A stretch of 54,500 nt of DNA, from assembly GCA_964594405.1 (NCBI GenBank), contig CAZQMY010000002.1, positions 1 to 54,500 on the forward strand, given 5' to 3'. Positions 35,794 to 46,210 of the stretch are shown piece after piece; the first letter of the stretch is position 1, and every line of letters starts with the position of its first letter. The notes beneath the pieces are model-generated. The model did no database searches and was not told the origin of the DNA. It saw only the letters and a program-made list of their open reading frames with translations. The position numbers were made by a program, and so were the translations under genes. Source of the DNA: an uncultured Spirochaetaceae bacterium (GTDB lineage: Bacteria; Myxococcota_A; UBA9160; UBA4427).

Positions 35794-36588
35794 ATGACCA
35801 CGCCCGGAACTGCTCTGATCACCGGCGCCTCGGCCGGCATCGGCCGCGAGCTCGCCCTCGTCTTCGCCGCGCACGGCCACGACCTCGTCCTGGTCGCGCG
35901 CAGCGCAGACAAGCTCGAGGCGCTGGCCGAGGAGATCCGCGCGGAGCGCGGTCGCCAGGTGCACGTCCGGGTGCGGGACCTGCTGGAGCCAGGCGCCGCC
36001 GGCGAGATCTTCGAGGCGCTCCGGGACCAGGGCGTCGTCGTCGACCAGCTCGTCAACAACGCCGGCGTCCTCGAGCTCGGCGCGTTCGACGCGCTCGAGC
36101 TCTCCGACCTCGAGCGCATCGTCGACTTGAATGCTCGCGTGCTGACGTCGATGACCCGTGTCTTCCTGCCGTCTATGCGGGAACGGGGCCATGGGCGCAT
36201 CCTGAACATCGCTTCGAGCGCGGCCTTCCAGCCGATCCCGTCACTCGCCGTCTATGCGGCGAGCAAGGCCTTCGTCCTCTCCCTCAGCGAGTCGCTCTCG
36301 GAAGAGCTCGCCGGCACAGGCGTGACGGTGACGGCGGTCTGCCCGGGCCTGACCGCGACCAACATGACCGACAAGGCGAAGTCGGACAGCTCCGTGGTGT
36401 CCCACTTCCCCGACTTCCTGATGGCCGACGCCACGAACGTTGCGGAGGCGGCCTACCAGGCGGCCATGTCGGGCCGCGTGATCGAGGTGCCAGGCCTCGC
36501 GAATCGGGCCCTCAGCGACTGGTCCCGCCTGCAGCCGCGATGGATGACGCGGATGATCACCGGGATCGTCGGCCGACGGCTGATCTAG
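35794..36588 (+). CDS. short-chain dehydrogenase/reductase
   Basis: TGASAGIG, NNAG, YAASK catalytic motif. Confidence 0.95.
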   Translation: MTTPGTALITGASAGIGRELALVFAAHGHDLVLVARSADKLEALAEEIRAERGRQVHVRVRDLLEPGAAGEIFEALRDQGVVVDQLVNNAGVLELGAFDALELSDLERIVDLNARVLTSMTRVFLPSMRERGHGRILNIASSAAFQPIPSLAVYAASKAFVLSLSESLSEELAGTGVTVTAVCPGLTATNMTDKAKSDSSVVSHFPDFLMADATNVAEAAYQAAMSGRVIEVPGLANRALSDWSRLQPRWMTRMITGIVGRRLI

Positions 36589-36624
36589 AGCACATTCGCG
36601 GCCCGGCGCGGGCGGGGTGGCCGA

Positions 36625-38073
36625 TCAGGCACCGTCCTGCGCCTCCGACTCCTGTTCGCCCGAAGTGCGCGGAGCGACCTCGCTGAGCTCGCGGTAGCTG
36701 GCTTCGATGTCGCCGACGAAGTCGTGCAGATCCGGCAGCGCATCCCAGTCCGCGTTGAAGCCCCAGTGGATCCACTCGTCGTAGCTGAGCAGCGCGATGC
36801 CGAGCGCGTGCGTCGCGATGAGCGGGACGACCGGATAGGTCTCGAGCTGGCGGGCGCCGAGCATGTAGATCGGGAAGCGCGGGCCCGGGACATTCGTGAT
36901 CACGAGGTTGGCGGCCGAGCTGCGCGACGCCAGGCGGAAGAGCGGGCCGAGCAGCTGGTTCGGGAGCAGATCGATCGCGCGACTCATCGCATCCCCCGCC
37001 CCGGACTGCCCGGAGGACTTGAGCTCCTGCGTGAGCTCGACGACCCGCAGCAGTCGCTTCCACGGGTCCGCTTCGTCCAGGGGCAGGCGAATGATGAGCC
37101 CCGAGACGCGATTGCCGAGCGTCGAGCTCTCCGACGCGCGTCGGACGCTGACCGGGACCACCGCGTGGAAGTCGATCTCGTCCACCGCGACGCCTCGCCG
37201 CTTCAGGAAGGCGCGCAGCGCCCCGCTTGCGATCGCCAGCACCGCGTCGTTCAGCTTCCCGTCGGCGAGCCGTCCGAGCTCGCGCACGTCCTCGAAGGGC
37301 ATCCGCGTCCAGTCGAAGCGCCGATGCGGACCGATTTCGACATTGAGCGGTGTCGGCGACGCCGTCGTGATGGCCTCCCTCGCGGTATCGAGGAGCGCGC
37401 CGAGCCCGGACGAAGACTCCTCCTTCGATTCGGGCTCTTCGGACGACTCCGATCGAAGGGCGCGCAGCAGCGAGAAGGGGGCGCCCACGCGATGGCGCAT
37501 CTCCTCCATCACGAGCTGGGCCGAGCCCGGCGCCGGTCGGGGGATCCAGGGCCGGGGCGGAGGCGGCTCGTAGTCGGGATCGGCCCCGACCAGCAGCGTC
37601 CCCATCTTGACGCCAGACAGTCCGTCGGCCATGCAGTGATGCGCCTTCGTGATCAGGGCGAGACGATCGCCCGTGAGCCCATCGACGATCCAGTCCTCCC
37701 AGAGCGGCTTTCCCCGATCGAACTCCTGCGAGAGGATGCGCCCGGCGAGCCGCTTCAGCTGTCGCTCATCACCCGGCTGGGGCAGCGCCGTGTGCCGCAC
37801 GTGGAAGCGCAGATTGAATCGGTCGTCGTCGATCCAGACGGGCTGGGCGAAGCCCGGAATCCACTCGAGACGCTGCCGGAGTCGCGGCACCTTGTGCAGC
37901 TGCGCCTCGATGAAGCCGAGGATGCGCTCGAAGTCGGTGGCGCCGCTGTCGTCCCGAAGCGGCTTCGCGTCGAAGATCGTCACCGAGCCGATGTGCATGT
38001 GGGCGCGGCCGTCCTCCATCTCGAGGAAGCTCAAGTCCATCGCCGAGAGACGCTCGAAGTGTGCGTACGCCAT
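36625..38073 (-). CDS. wax ester synthase/diacylglycerol acyltransferase (WS/DGAT)
   Basis: LSAMDLSFL, FDRGKPLWE, catalytic HHCMADG, ITNVPGP. Confidence 0.93.
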   Translation of the reverse strand: MAYAHFERLSAMDLSFLEMEDGRAHMHIGSVTIFDAKPLRDDSGATDFERILGFIEAQLHKVPRLRQRLEWIPGFAQPVWIDDDRFNLRFHVRHTALPQPGDERQLKRLAGRILSQEFDRGKPLWEDWIVDGLTGDRLALITKAHHCMADGLSGVKMGTLLVGADPDYEPPPPRPWIPRPAPGSAQLVMEEMRHRVGAPFSLLRALRSESSEEPESKEESSSGLGALLDTAREAITTASPTPLNVEIGPHRRFDWTRMPFEDVRELGRLADGKLNDAVLAIASGALRAFLKRRGVAVDEIDFHAVVPVSVRRASESSTLGNRVSGLIIRLPLDEADPWKRLLRVVELTQELKSSGQSGAGDAMSRAIDLLPNQLLGPLFRLASRSSAANLVITNVPGPRFPIYMLGARQLETYPVVPLIATHALGIALLSYDEWIHWGFNADWDALPDLHDFVGDIEASYRELSEVAPRTSGEQESEAQDGA

Positions 38074-38148
38074 TTCCGGGACCTCCCTCTCCCCGCACGA
38101 TTCTACAACGCCGGGCGGGACGACTGGACTCCGATCGCGCCTCGTATC

Positions 38149-39591
38149 TCAGGCGGCGCGGCCTTCGGGATGACCGAGGGCGAGCACCTCGTCGAAGCTC
38201 TGTGTCACGCAGGCGACAAGGCGATCGGGGTCACTCACGGCAGCCGGGTCGGCGTTGAGGCCGACCTGCATCCGACCGTCGTAGCTGAAGGCCGTCACGT
38301 TCAGCGCCGCACCCGCCAGGGGTCCGAAGGGGAGGAACCGCACGATCTTCGCGCCGCTCATCCAGACCGGGCGCCGAGGACCGGGCACGTTGCTCGTCGT
38401 GAAGTCCGTGGTCTTCTGCATGGCGCCGAGCAGGTCCATGGTGAGCGAAGGCGGAAGCGTGCCCAGCACGCCCGCGATCTCGTCGAGCCAGGGCAGAGCG
38501 GGCTCGTCGCGCTGCGCCCGACACAGGCGGCCGACGGCGCGGACGCGATCGGCCGCGGACTCGATGCCCACGGGCAGCTCGAAGCGCACGGGCGCGAACT
38601 GGTTGCCCGCGCGATCGGCCCCTTCGCCCTCCCGCACGTTCACCGGCATGAGCATGCGAAGCGTCTCCACGGGATGCCCCAACTGTGCGTGGTAGCGCGC
38701 GAGTCCGCCGGAGACGCTCGCGACGAAGGCGTCGTTGATCGTGCCGTCGACTGATCGGCCCGCGCGCTTCAACCCGTCGAGCGGCACGCTCAGCGCATGA
38801 AGGCGCACGCCCGGCGAACGCCTGCGCATGATCGGCGACATCGGCTCGGAGGCGGCGCTGAGCAGACGCCCCGCCGAGTCGAGCACGCCCGCCGCCTCGC
38901 GAGCCGTCTCGAGCGGATGCAGGAGCGCCGCCCCAGCCTCACGCGCCACCGCTCCGGACAGGCGCGAGAACTGCTCGACTGCCGTATGCGCCCGATGAGC
39001 CAGCGAGCGGCGCACGGCGTCGATCAGACACGGCGGCGACGGCGGGCTCTGCGAGACGGTCGCGATGGGCTCGGAGGCAAAGTCGTCGTCCGGCCCGTGC
39101 TCGATGAGGCACTCGGTCATCTTCACGAGCCCGACGCCGTCGGAGATCGCGTGATGGAGCTTCATCATGCCCGCGCACGCGCCGCCCTCGAGGCCCTCCA
39201 CCAGGTGCAGCTCCCAGAGCGGACGGTCCTTGTCGAAGGCCTGCATGGCGATGGGCTCGGCGAGATCGAGGAGCGCGCGTTCGCCGCTGCCCGGCGCCAG
39301 GGTATGCCGCCGCACGTGGAAGCGGAGGTCGAAGTAGGGATCATCCTCCCACCTCGGCGGCGAGAGGCCGATCGGGTCATCCACCACGCGCTGTCGCAGT
39401 CGCGGGATGAGCTGCGCGGCGCGCTCGGCCTTGGCGTCGAAGCGCTCGAGGGAGGGCCTGCGATCGAGCAGCCAGATCGAGAGGATGGTGGAGCGGAGGA
39501 TCGGATCGGCCTCGATGTGCCACATGAGTGCGTCGGCTGCGCTCATGTAGTCGTCGAAGTCCATCTGGCGGGGGAGACGCTGGCTGGCCAT
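38149..39591 (-). CDS. wax ester synthase/diacylglycerol acyltransferase (WS/DGAT), second paralog
   Basis: MSAADALMW, FDKDRPLWE, HHAISDG, TSNVPGP. Confidence 0.93.
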   Translation of the reverse strand: MASQRLPRQMDFDDYMSAADALMWHIEADPILRSTILSIWLLDRRPSLERFDAKAERAAQLIPRLRQRVVDDPIGLSPPRWEDDPYFDLRFHVRRHTLAPGSGERALLDLAEPIAMQAFDKDRPLWELHLVEGLEGGACAGMMKLHHAISDGVGLVKMTECLIEHGPDDDFASEPIATVSQSPPSPPCLIDAVRRSLAHRAHTAVEQFSRLSGAVAREAGAALLHPLETAREAAGVLDSAGRLLSAASEPMSPIMRRRSPGVRLHALSVPLDGLKRAGRSVDGTINDAFVASVSGGLARYHAQLGHPVETLRMLMPVNVREGEGADRAGNQFAPVRFELPVGIESAADRVRAVGRLCRAQRDEPALPWLDEIAGVLGTLPPSLTMDLLGAMQKTTDFTTSNVPGPRRPVWMSGAKIVRFLPFGPLAGAALNVTAFSYDGRMQVGLNADPAAVSDPDRLVACVTQSFDEVLALGHPEGRAA

Positions 39592-39882
39592 GTCGGGGCT
39601 CCTCGGCTCGGGATCGGAACGCGGGGATGCCCCAGCGTCCACCTTCGCAGCCCCGCTTTCAAGCGCGCTCTCGCACTGGCCTTCGAGATCGGTCCGACCG
39701 CCACCGCCGGGACGTCCGCCAGGGACCGTGCACCCCCTGGGCGCAGCGCATCCGCGCGAGATCATCTCGTGTGTGCCGGAAGCGGCCGACGCACCCCGAT
39801 CGTGGCGCTTTCACTGCGTCAGCCCAGCCGGCGCCCCGGGCAGCGCCCGGGGATCCGGGTGGCGGCGCCTCGGATCGAACGA

Positions 39883-40809
39883 TCAGGCGGCCCGATGGCT
39901 CCGTGCGCGGTCGCGGCGCGAGACATGGCCGAGCCCCGCCAGGCCGAGGCCCAGCAGGACGGCGGTGCTCGGCTCGGGGGCGAGCACCACGTCGATCCCG
40001 GAGCTCGAGCTCGCCGCGACGTTCAGATCGAACTGGAAGGCGCCGGTGAAGTCACCCGTGAAGGACGCAGCGGTGTCGTTGAGATTGCCCGCCGTGGTCC
40101 ATCCATCGAGCTGGTCGCGCACGCTCGGATAGCCGCCCACCTGGAAGTGGGTCGCTCCACCGCTCCCCGTCAGCCACGAGAAGGTCTCGCCCGTAACGGC
40201 GTCTTCGATCAGCATCTCGTCCAGCGAGGCGGTCGCGATGTCGTCGGAGTGGGTGCGTTCGAGATCGAGGTCGAGGTAGCTGTAGACGGAGACCGCGAGC
40301 GCCGCGGTGGTGGTGTTGCGGACGTCGATGTTCCAGGCGATGCCGTCGTGGTCAGCAGGCGAGGTGTCGTCGACGAAGACGAACTCGTAGTCGATCTCGA
40401 GATCCCCGGCGTTCAGGCCGAGCGCCGCGGCCCCGTTGGCGTTCAGGACGAGCGAAGAGGTCGCCGTGGCGCCCGAGGCCGAGATCGCGGAGACCACGTC
40501 GAACGACGAGCCGTCGATCACGACCATGCCGCTCTCGTTCCCGAGATAGCCGTACATCTGGTAGAGATGGTCGTTGCCACCGGGCGACTCCGAGCGGAAC
40601 TGGCTGTTGGTCGAAGTGAATCCGTAGCTGCCGAGGTTGCGGATGCGAAGCTCACCGACGGACATGTTGAGCGCCGCGGCTTCGGTGACGAGTGCCAGAC
40701 AGAGGATCGGCGCCAGCAGGAGCGATGTACGGCGGCCGATCGCACGCCTGGCGGTCGAGAGGCACGGACGGGAGAGAGCGAGGGGGGATCTCGGTCTTCG
40801 ATTGCTCAT
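39883..40809 (-). CDS. PEP-CTERM sorting domain protein
   Basis: Signal peptide and canonical C-terminal APEPSTAVLLGLGLAGLG..RRDRAR. Confidence 0.9.
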   Translation of the reverse strand: MSNRRPRSPLALSRPCLSTARRAIGRRTSLLLAPILCLALVTEAAALNMSVGELRIRNLGSYGFTSTNSQFRSESPGGNDHLYQMYGYLGNESGMVVIDGSSFDVVSAISASGATATSSLVLNANGAAALGLNAGDLEIDYEFVFVDDTSPADHDGIAWNIDVRNTTTAALAVSVYSYLDLDLERTHSDDIATASLDEMLIEDAVTGETFSWLTGSGGATHFQVGGYPSVRDQLDGWTTAGNLNDTAASFTGDFTGAFQFDLNVAASSSSGIDVVLAPEPSTAVLLGLGLAGLGHVSRRDRARSHRAA

Positions 40810-41185
40810 GGGGGACTTCTTTCTCGAGCCTGAATCGACGGCCCGGGTGAATCCCGGGCGCAGGCTCGGTTGGCTTCCCCGTACATCGACAATTCCATCC
40901 ATCCGGAAGAGGGTTGTTGTCTCCATTTCTGCGAAAGGAGCAGGACACTCGCAGGCGATGGGCAGACCGATACCCCGACATGCGCAGCTTCACTGGACCG
41001 CGCACCCGCCTCGCAGCCGCGTCCGCAGAGGCAGAGACTGACGGTCAGCCGCCTCGTGACGGATCGCCCTCGGACTGCGAAAGCGCTTCGGCGACGCGGA
41101 TCTCCGACGATCGTCCGTCCGTTGTGCCGCTTCGGTCCGACGGATCCATCCAGCGGCGGTTCGTCTGCCGCTAGTGTCGATCACC

Positions 41186-41710
41186 ATGAATCGCATCCTT
41201 CGGCGTACGGTGAACAAGGCGATGAGCGCTCTGGTCGGATCCGGGGTCACCATCGACGAGAGAGGTCGGCTCTGCCTGCCCGACGGGCTCTGCCCCGAAC
41301 GGGTCCATCGCTTCATCGAGCTCTGCATGGACGAGCCGTTCGCTTGCCCGCGCGACGCCATGCACGCGCTCTTCGAGGAGCTCGGCGTGAGCCCGCGCGC
41401 CGTCGGCCTGCTCGGCGAGATCATCGACGCGCGGGGTGACGTCGAGCTCGGCGAGGCGCTCAGGCACACGGGCGCGCTGATGAAGGCGTTGCCCGAGCTC
41501 AAGACGATCCCATCGCGCTTCCGGACCTTCCTCGTCCACGACCTCGGACTCGCCTCGGAGCGCTGCGCCGACCTCGAGGAGGCCGTCGCATCCGCGCGCA
41601 TGGCCGCCGCCGAACGCGCCGGCTGCGCGCCGACATGGGACGCCATCCTCGAGAGCCGCGAGCAGCTCGAAGACGTGATGCGCGCGTGGCGCGAACGTCG
41701 GGCTGCGTGA
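41186..41710 (+). CDS. hypothetical protein
   Basis: High GC3 codon bias, no recognised motif, five Cys residues. Confidence 0.6.
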   Translation: MNRILRRTVNKAMSALVGSGVTIDERGRLCLPDGLCPERVHRFIELCMDEPFACPRDAMHALFEELGVSPRAVGLLGEIIDARGDVELGEALRHTGALMKALPELKTIPSRFRTFLVHDLGLASERCADLEEAVASARMAAAERAGCAPTWDAILESREQLEDVMRAWRERRAA

Positions 41711-41869
41711 TCGGATCGGCCCAGGTGTTCCGGGGAGACGCTCCGTCGGAGGCGGTCGGCTCGCGTCGCATCGCTCGGTGGGCGTGTCCGAGGCGGTCGG
41801 CTTCGGCCCGAGGCCCGCGGAGCGGAACGCGGATCCAGGATCGGGCCCTCACCGGCATGCCTTCGAGAC

Positions 41870-43751
41870 GTGGGAGGGGCGGGGGATGCGATTCGCGCGC
41901 AGCAGACCGAAGGGTGCCTGGTCGCGCTCGGACTCGTCGCCCTGCTCGCCGTCGCCACCGCCGGCTGTGCGACGAAGCCCCGCTGGCAACGGGGTGATGA
42001 GCTGTACCGATCCGGCGACTACCGCCGCTCCGCCCGACTCCTGCTCGAGGAGCTGCGCGCCCCCGAGATCCGGGCCGACGATCCCGCGTACCTGATCGCC
42101 CAGCGCACGCGCTTCATGCGATCCATCGGCTGGTGTGCCGACGAGTTCGGGCTCGAGCCCTGGATGGATGAAGCCGCGCGGTGGTCGCACGAGAGCGGTG
42201 TCGAAGTCGCGACGACCGACCAGCATCGTGAGACGATGAGCTGGTGGTACGGCTGGTACTTCTCGAAGACGGATCGCAACGGCCGCGGCCTTCCCTTTCT
42301 TCGATGCCCGGCTCGAGTTCGCCAGGAAGCAGGGCCTCGTCTACCAGGAGATCCTCGCGCTCGCCGCGATCGCGCCGGCCTACGTGGACGTGGGCCAGGT
42401 CGCCCTCGCCGATCGATATCGACGGCGGGCGTTGCTGCGGGCGGGAGACGGCTTCATCGAGGTGGGCGTCTCTCCCAAGGATTCTGAGGAGTGGCTGCAG
42501 TACGAGCGCATCCTCGACAAACGCTCCAGCGATCTCTCGGGACGAGTGAGTCGGGCCGAGATCGAGGCGCTCTGGTCGGAGATCGAGCCGATCGCCGAGA
42601 AGCGGCTCGATCCCAAGTTCATTTCGCACACGGGGACGGCCAAGGACTTCGCCGTCAACGGCAACATCGATCGGGCGCGCGAGCTGCTCGTTCGCGCCCG
42701 GGAGATCGGGGAGCGAGAGTCCGTCCCGACCTTCGCGCTCGACAAGCGCTGCGCGAAGGCTCAGGTCGACGTCCTCGCGCGCGACTGGACGGAGGTCGAG
42801 GTGTCGACGCAATCCTGTGTCGGTGGCTTCGAGGCGCGGGGGCTCACCGTCGGCTCCGTGATCCCGCGCCTGCGGGCCGAGGCGCTCGAGGCGCAAGGGC
42901 GGCTCGGCGAGGCACGCGCCGCCTTCGAAGACGACGTCGTCGTGCGCAGCCTGCCCTCGCTGCGCTTCGCCCTCACCCCGGGCAGCGACCGCCGCGCGAC
43001 GCGCGAGGAGCTCTTCGCGGTCGCCGATCCCGTCTACGCGAAGTCCTGCGTCTCGGTCTACGTCGCCCGGGACGCCCTGGCGAGCACACGCAGCGCGGCG
43101 GGGCTCGACGACGGCGCGCTCTTCGCACCGCTGCCCGAGACCCGACGCGAGATCGCGGCGATCGCCTCGCTCTTCGGTGGCGAGGGCGTGGCCTCGCTCG
43201 TCGGCACCGACGCCCTCGAGTCGCGGGTCGAGAGCGCCCCGCTCGATCGCGATCGATACCTGCACTTCGCCACCCACGGCATCATCGGCCACGAGGTGCC
43301 GGGCATCACCGAGCCCGCGCTGGTGCTGGGCGGAGAGCCGGGCGAGGACGGGCTCCTGCTCGCCAGCGAGGCGATCGAGCTCGAGCTCGACGCCGATCTC
43401 GCGGTGCTGAGCGCGTGCAAGACGGGCAGCGGCGAGTACGTGCAGGGCGAGGGCACGATGGGCATGAGCCGCGCCTTCCTCGCGGCCGGAAGCCGCGCCG
43501 TCCTGGTCTCGCTCTGGGCGGTCGATTCGCTGGCGACGGAGGCGCTCATGGTGCGCTTCTACCGCGAGCTGCGGGGCGGCAAAGGGCCCGGCGAAGCGAT
43601 CCGCGACGCCAAGCGCGCCCTGATCGCCGATTGGGAGGCCCAGCGGGCCGGCGAGTCACGCGGCCTGCGCATCGGCGTGCCGCAGGCGCGGTCGGCGAAG
43701 ACGCTCGATCCCTCCTTCTGGAGCGCCTTCGTCCTGATCGGAGGCAGCTGA
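41870..43751 (+). pseudogene. CHAT (caspase-like) domain lipoprotein, frameshifted at ~42296 and apparently internally deleted
   Basis: N-part with lipobox ATAGC. Coding continues in the +1 frame after CCC TTT C. The C-terminal CHAT domain has LHFATHG, VLSACKTG, SLWAVDS and FWSAFVLIG. Confidence 0.7.
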
Positions 43752-43885
43752 TCGACGGCTGCGCGAGCGGGATCCGGACACGCTCCGCGCCCATCGCCCC
43801 GCCTTCCCCGGCGCCCGAGACTCCCTTGACCTGCGCCCGAGAGAGCTTCTACCGTCCGGCCCGAATCGAATCAGGGGAGGCTTCG

Positions 43886-45013
43886 GTGAAGGTCCGGCTC
43901 ATGAGCGGTGGGGTGCGGCTCCTGACGTTGAGCGCGCTCGGAGTGATCGCGTGGACGTGGATTGCCCGGGCCGAGGGGCCCCCGTTTCCGCCCTTCGAAG
44001 CGAGCCAGCAGGATCCAAGCTTCGATTGGATCCAGATGAGCTCGGGCGAGTGGCTGAAGGGCGAGTTCAAGCAGGTCTACGACGACACGCTCTACTTCGA
44101 CAGCGACGAATTCGACGACGTCTCTCCCGACTTCGCGGACGTGAACAGCCTGGTCACACCCCGGACCGTGCGCGTGCGGCTGCCCGAGCGCCGCATCGTC
44201 CAGGGCACGATGCGGATGCAGGACAAGGTCGTCGAGATCGACACCGGGACGCAGGTCGTGCGCGTCGACAGCTCGGAGATCGTCGGGATCGAGGTCGGTG
44301 AACAGAGAGAGATCAACTACTGGTCCGCGAGCGCCTCGATCGGCTTCTCGATCCGGCAGGGCAACACCGAGCAAAGCGATCTGAACGTGCGGGGCAACAT
44401 CAAGCGCCAGACGAGCCTGACGCGTACCCAGCTGAGCTACACGGGCAACCTCAGCTCGTCGAACCCCAACCCTGGCGATCCAGCGTCCGAGTCGGTGGGC
44501 ACGGCGAACAACCACCGCGTGCCGGCGAGCTTCGACCTCTTCCTCACCGACAGGCTCTTCATCCAGCCCGTCGGCTTCGAGTACTACACCGCCGAGTTCA
44601 AGAACGTCGACAACCGCTACACGATCGGTGGCGGCCTCGGCTACGAGCTCTACTCGAGCTCCTGGGTCGACCTCGAGATCGGTGGCGGCGCGGCGTATCA
44701 GAACACAGACTTCCGCACCGGCGACCCGGCGGACGAAGACAACGCCGCCGTGACGATCAACTTCACCTTCGACTTCGACCTGCCACGGGGCATCGAGTGG
44801 GACAATCGATACGACGGCCAGATCACGGTGACCAACATGGACCGGACCAGCACCCACCTCGAGTCGATCCTCTCCTTCGACGTCTGGGGACCGCTGGAGT
44901 TCGAAGCCACCTTCCTCTTCGATCGCATCGAGCGGCCCGTACAGCCGGGCGACGGAATCGTCATCCAGCCCAACGACTTCAACGTCACCTTCGGCCTCTC
45001 GATCGATCTGTAG
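43886..45013 (+). CDS. DUF481-like outer membrane beta-barrel protein
   Basis: GGAGG SD and GTG start. DWIQMSSGEWLKGE N-domain, WSASASIG..GNTEQ, GGGLGY, terminal FGLSIDL. Confidence 0.8.
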   Translation: MKVRLMSGGVRLLTLSALGVIAWTWIARAEGPPFPPFEASQQDPSFDWIQMSSGEWLKGEFKQVYDDTLYFDSDEFDDVSPDFADVNSLVTPRTVRVRLPERRIVQGTMRMQDKVVEIDTGTQVVRVDSSEIVGIEVGEQREINYWSASASIGFSIRQGNTEQSDLNVRGNIKRQTSLTRTQLSYTGNLSSSNPNPGDPASESVGTANNHRVPASFDLFLTDRLFIQPVGFEYYTAEFKNVDNRYTIGGGLGYELYSSSWVDLEIGGGAAYQNTDFRTGDPADEDNAAVTINFTFDFDLPRGIEWDNRYDGQITVTNMDRTSTHLESILSFDVWGPLEFEATFLFDRIERPVQPGDGIVIQPNDFNVTFGLSIDL

Positions 45014-45363
45014 GTCCTCCACCCAAGACCGGGCCATCTGGCCGACGGGCCGCGCGAACAGGGCCGGGGGCACTGTCGGTGCTGTAGCTCCCCCTTCCTC
45101 CACGCCCTTTGGTGGCAGGCTCCCGGAGTCGCTAGGATCTTCCGGTGATCGTCCGTTTTGCGCTTCGAACGCCCGGTCCGCTCGTCGCGGATAGTCCTCA
45201 CACGGTGGAGCCAGGATCTGCCGCGTACCCACAGCTCGTCCCCCCCACACACAGGCGACGCATGACCTCGTGGCCGATCGGCTCGGCTGCACTTCCGCAG
45301 GTCGCGCAGCGCGCTGGATGGAGCTTCTCCTTCGAGGATCTCCGCTGAGAAAGGTCATCCGAG

Positions 45364-45855
45364 ATGGCGGATCAGGAAGAACTCAAAGCGGCCAGGGTCG
45401 TCGTGAGCCAGAAGACGGTCGAACGCGATCAGGCCAGGATCGACGCCGAGGCGGCGTCGAAGCTCGCGCAGATCTCCGGCGAGACCGTGGCCGCCGAGGA
45501 GGAGAAGAAGAAGGCAGCCACCGAGGCCCTGAAGGCGGCGGAGAAGGAGCGTGCCGACGCCGTCATGGCCGTGGCCAAGGCCAAGGCGGACGTGGCCAAG
45601 GCCGAGGCCGACCTCGCGGTCGCCGAAGGCAACGTCCAGAACTGCAGCAACGCGGCCAGCTCGGCCAACGAGGCGCTGACTACGGCGGTCACCGAGGACG
45701 TGACCAAGAAGAAGGATGCGGCCGCCAAGCAGGCCGAGCTCGCCAACGCCGAGGCCGACCTCGAGATGGCGACCGCGGCCGTTGCCGACATCGAGAGCAA
45801 GATCGGCGGCGCCGACGCGCCCGCCGCAGACGAGAGTGCTGGCGACGACGACTAG
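45364..45855 (+). CDS. Ala/Glu/Lys-rich coiled-coil protein
   Basis: GAAAGG SD. Heptad-like AEAD/KAKAD repeats throughout, no aromatic residues. Confidence 0.75.
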   Translation: MADQEELKAARVVVSQKTVERDQARIDAEAASKLAQISGETVAAEEEKKKAATEALKAAEKERADAVMAVAKAKADVAKAEADLAVAEGNVQNCSNAASSANEALTTAVTEDVTKKKDAAAKQAELANAEADLEMATAAVADIESKIGGADAPAADESAGDDD

Positions 45856-46210
45856 CCGCAGGAGCGTCCCGCACTCGGTCGACGTCCGGACACGGGGGTA
45901 TGAGGTTCCGGGCCTCCACGCCCCACGCTCCTCTACTCGACTGCCGATCCCCCTTGTACGTCGGCTGAGTGCAGGGGAGCGGTCCGCGTAGCCGCTGACT
46001 CGTGAGCTCGAAGCCCATGGCCCCTATGCAGTGCGCGGCGAAGCGAGCGGTCCGTGAGGCGAATCCGGCCGCACCCGGGAGGGCGCGGGCCCGGCTCAGG
46101 CGCCTCGACCTCCCGAGATGACATTCGGCCGGACGTGCTTAGACAGTGGTCGTCGGGCTCGATCGGGCCCTTTCAATCAGGCTCCATGGAGAATGCGAGG
46201 AGGAGGGGGC

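Noticed and set aside
42491-45013. 840-aa ORF as a single protein
   Set aside because: The first ~465 codons are Arg-rich shadow translation over the CHAT gene. The real gene starts at GTG 43886 after GGAGG.
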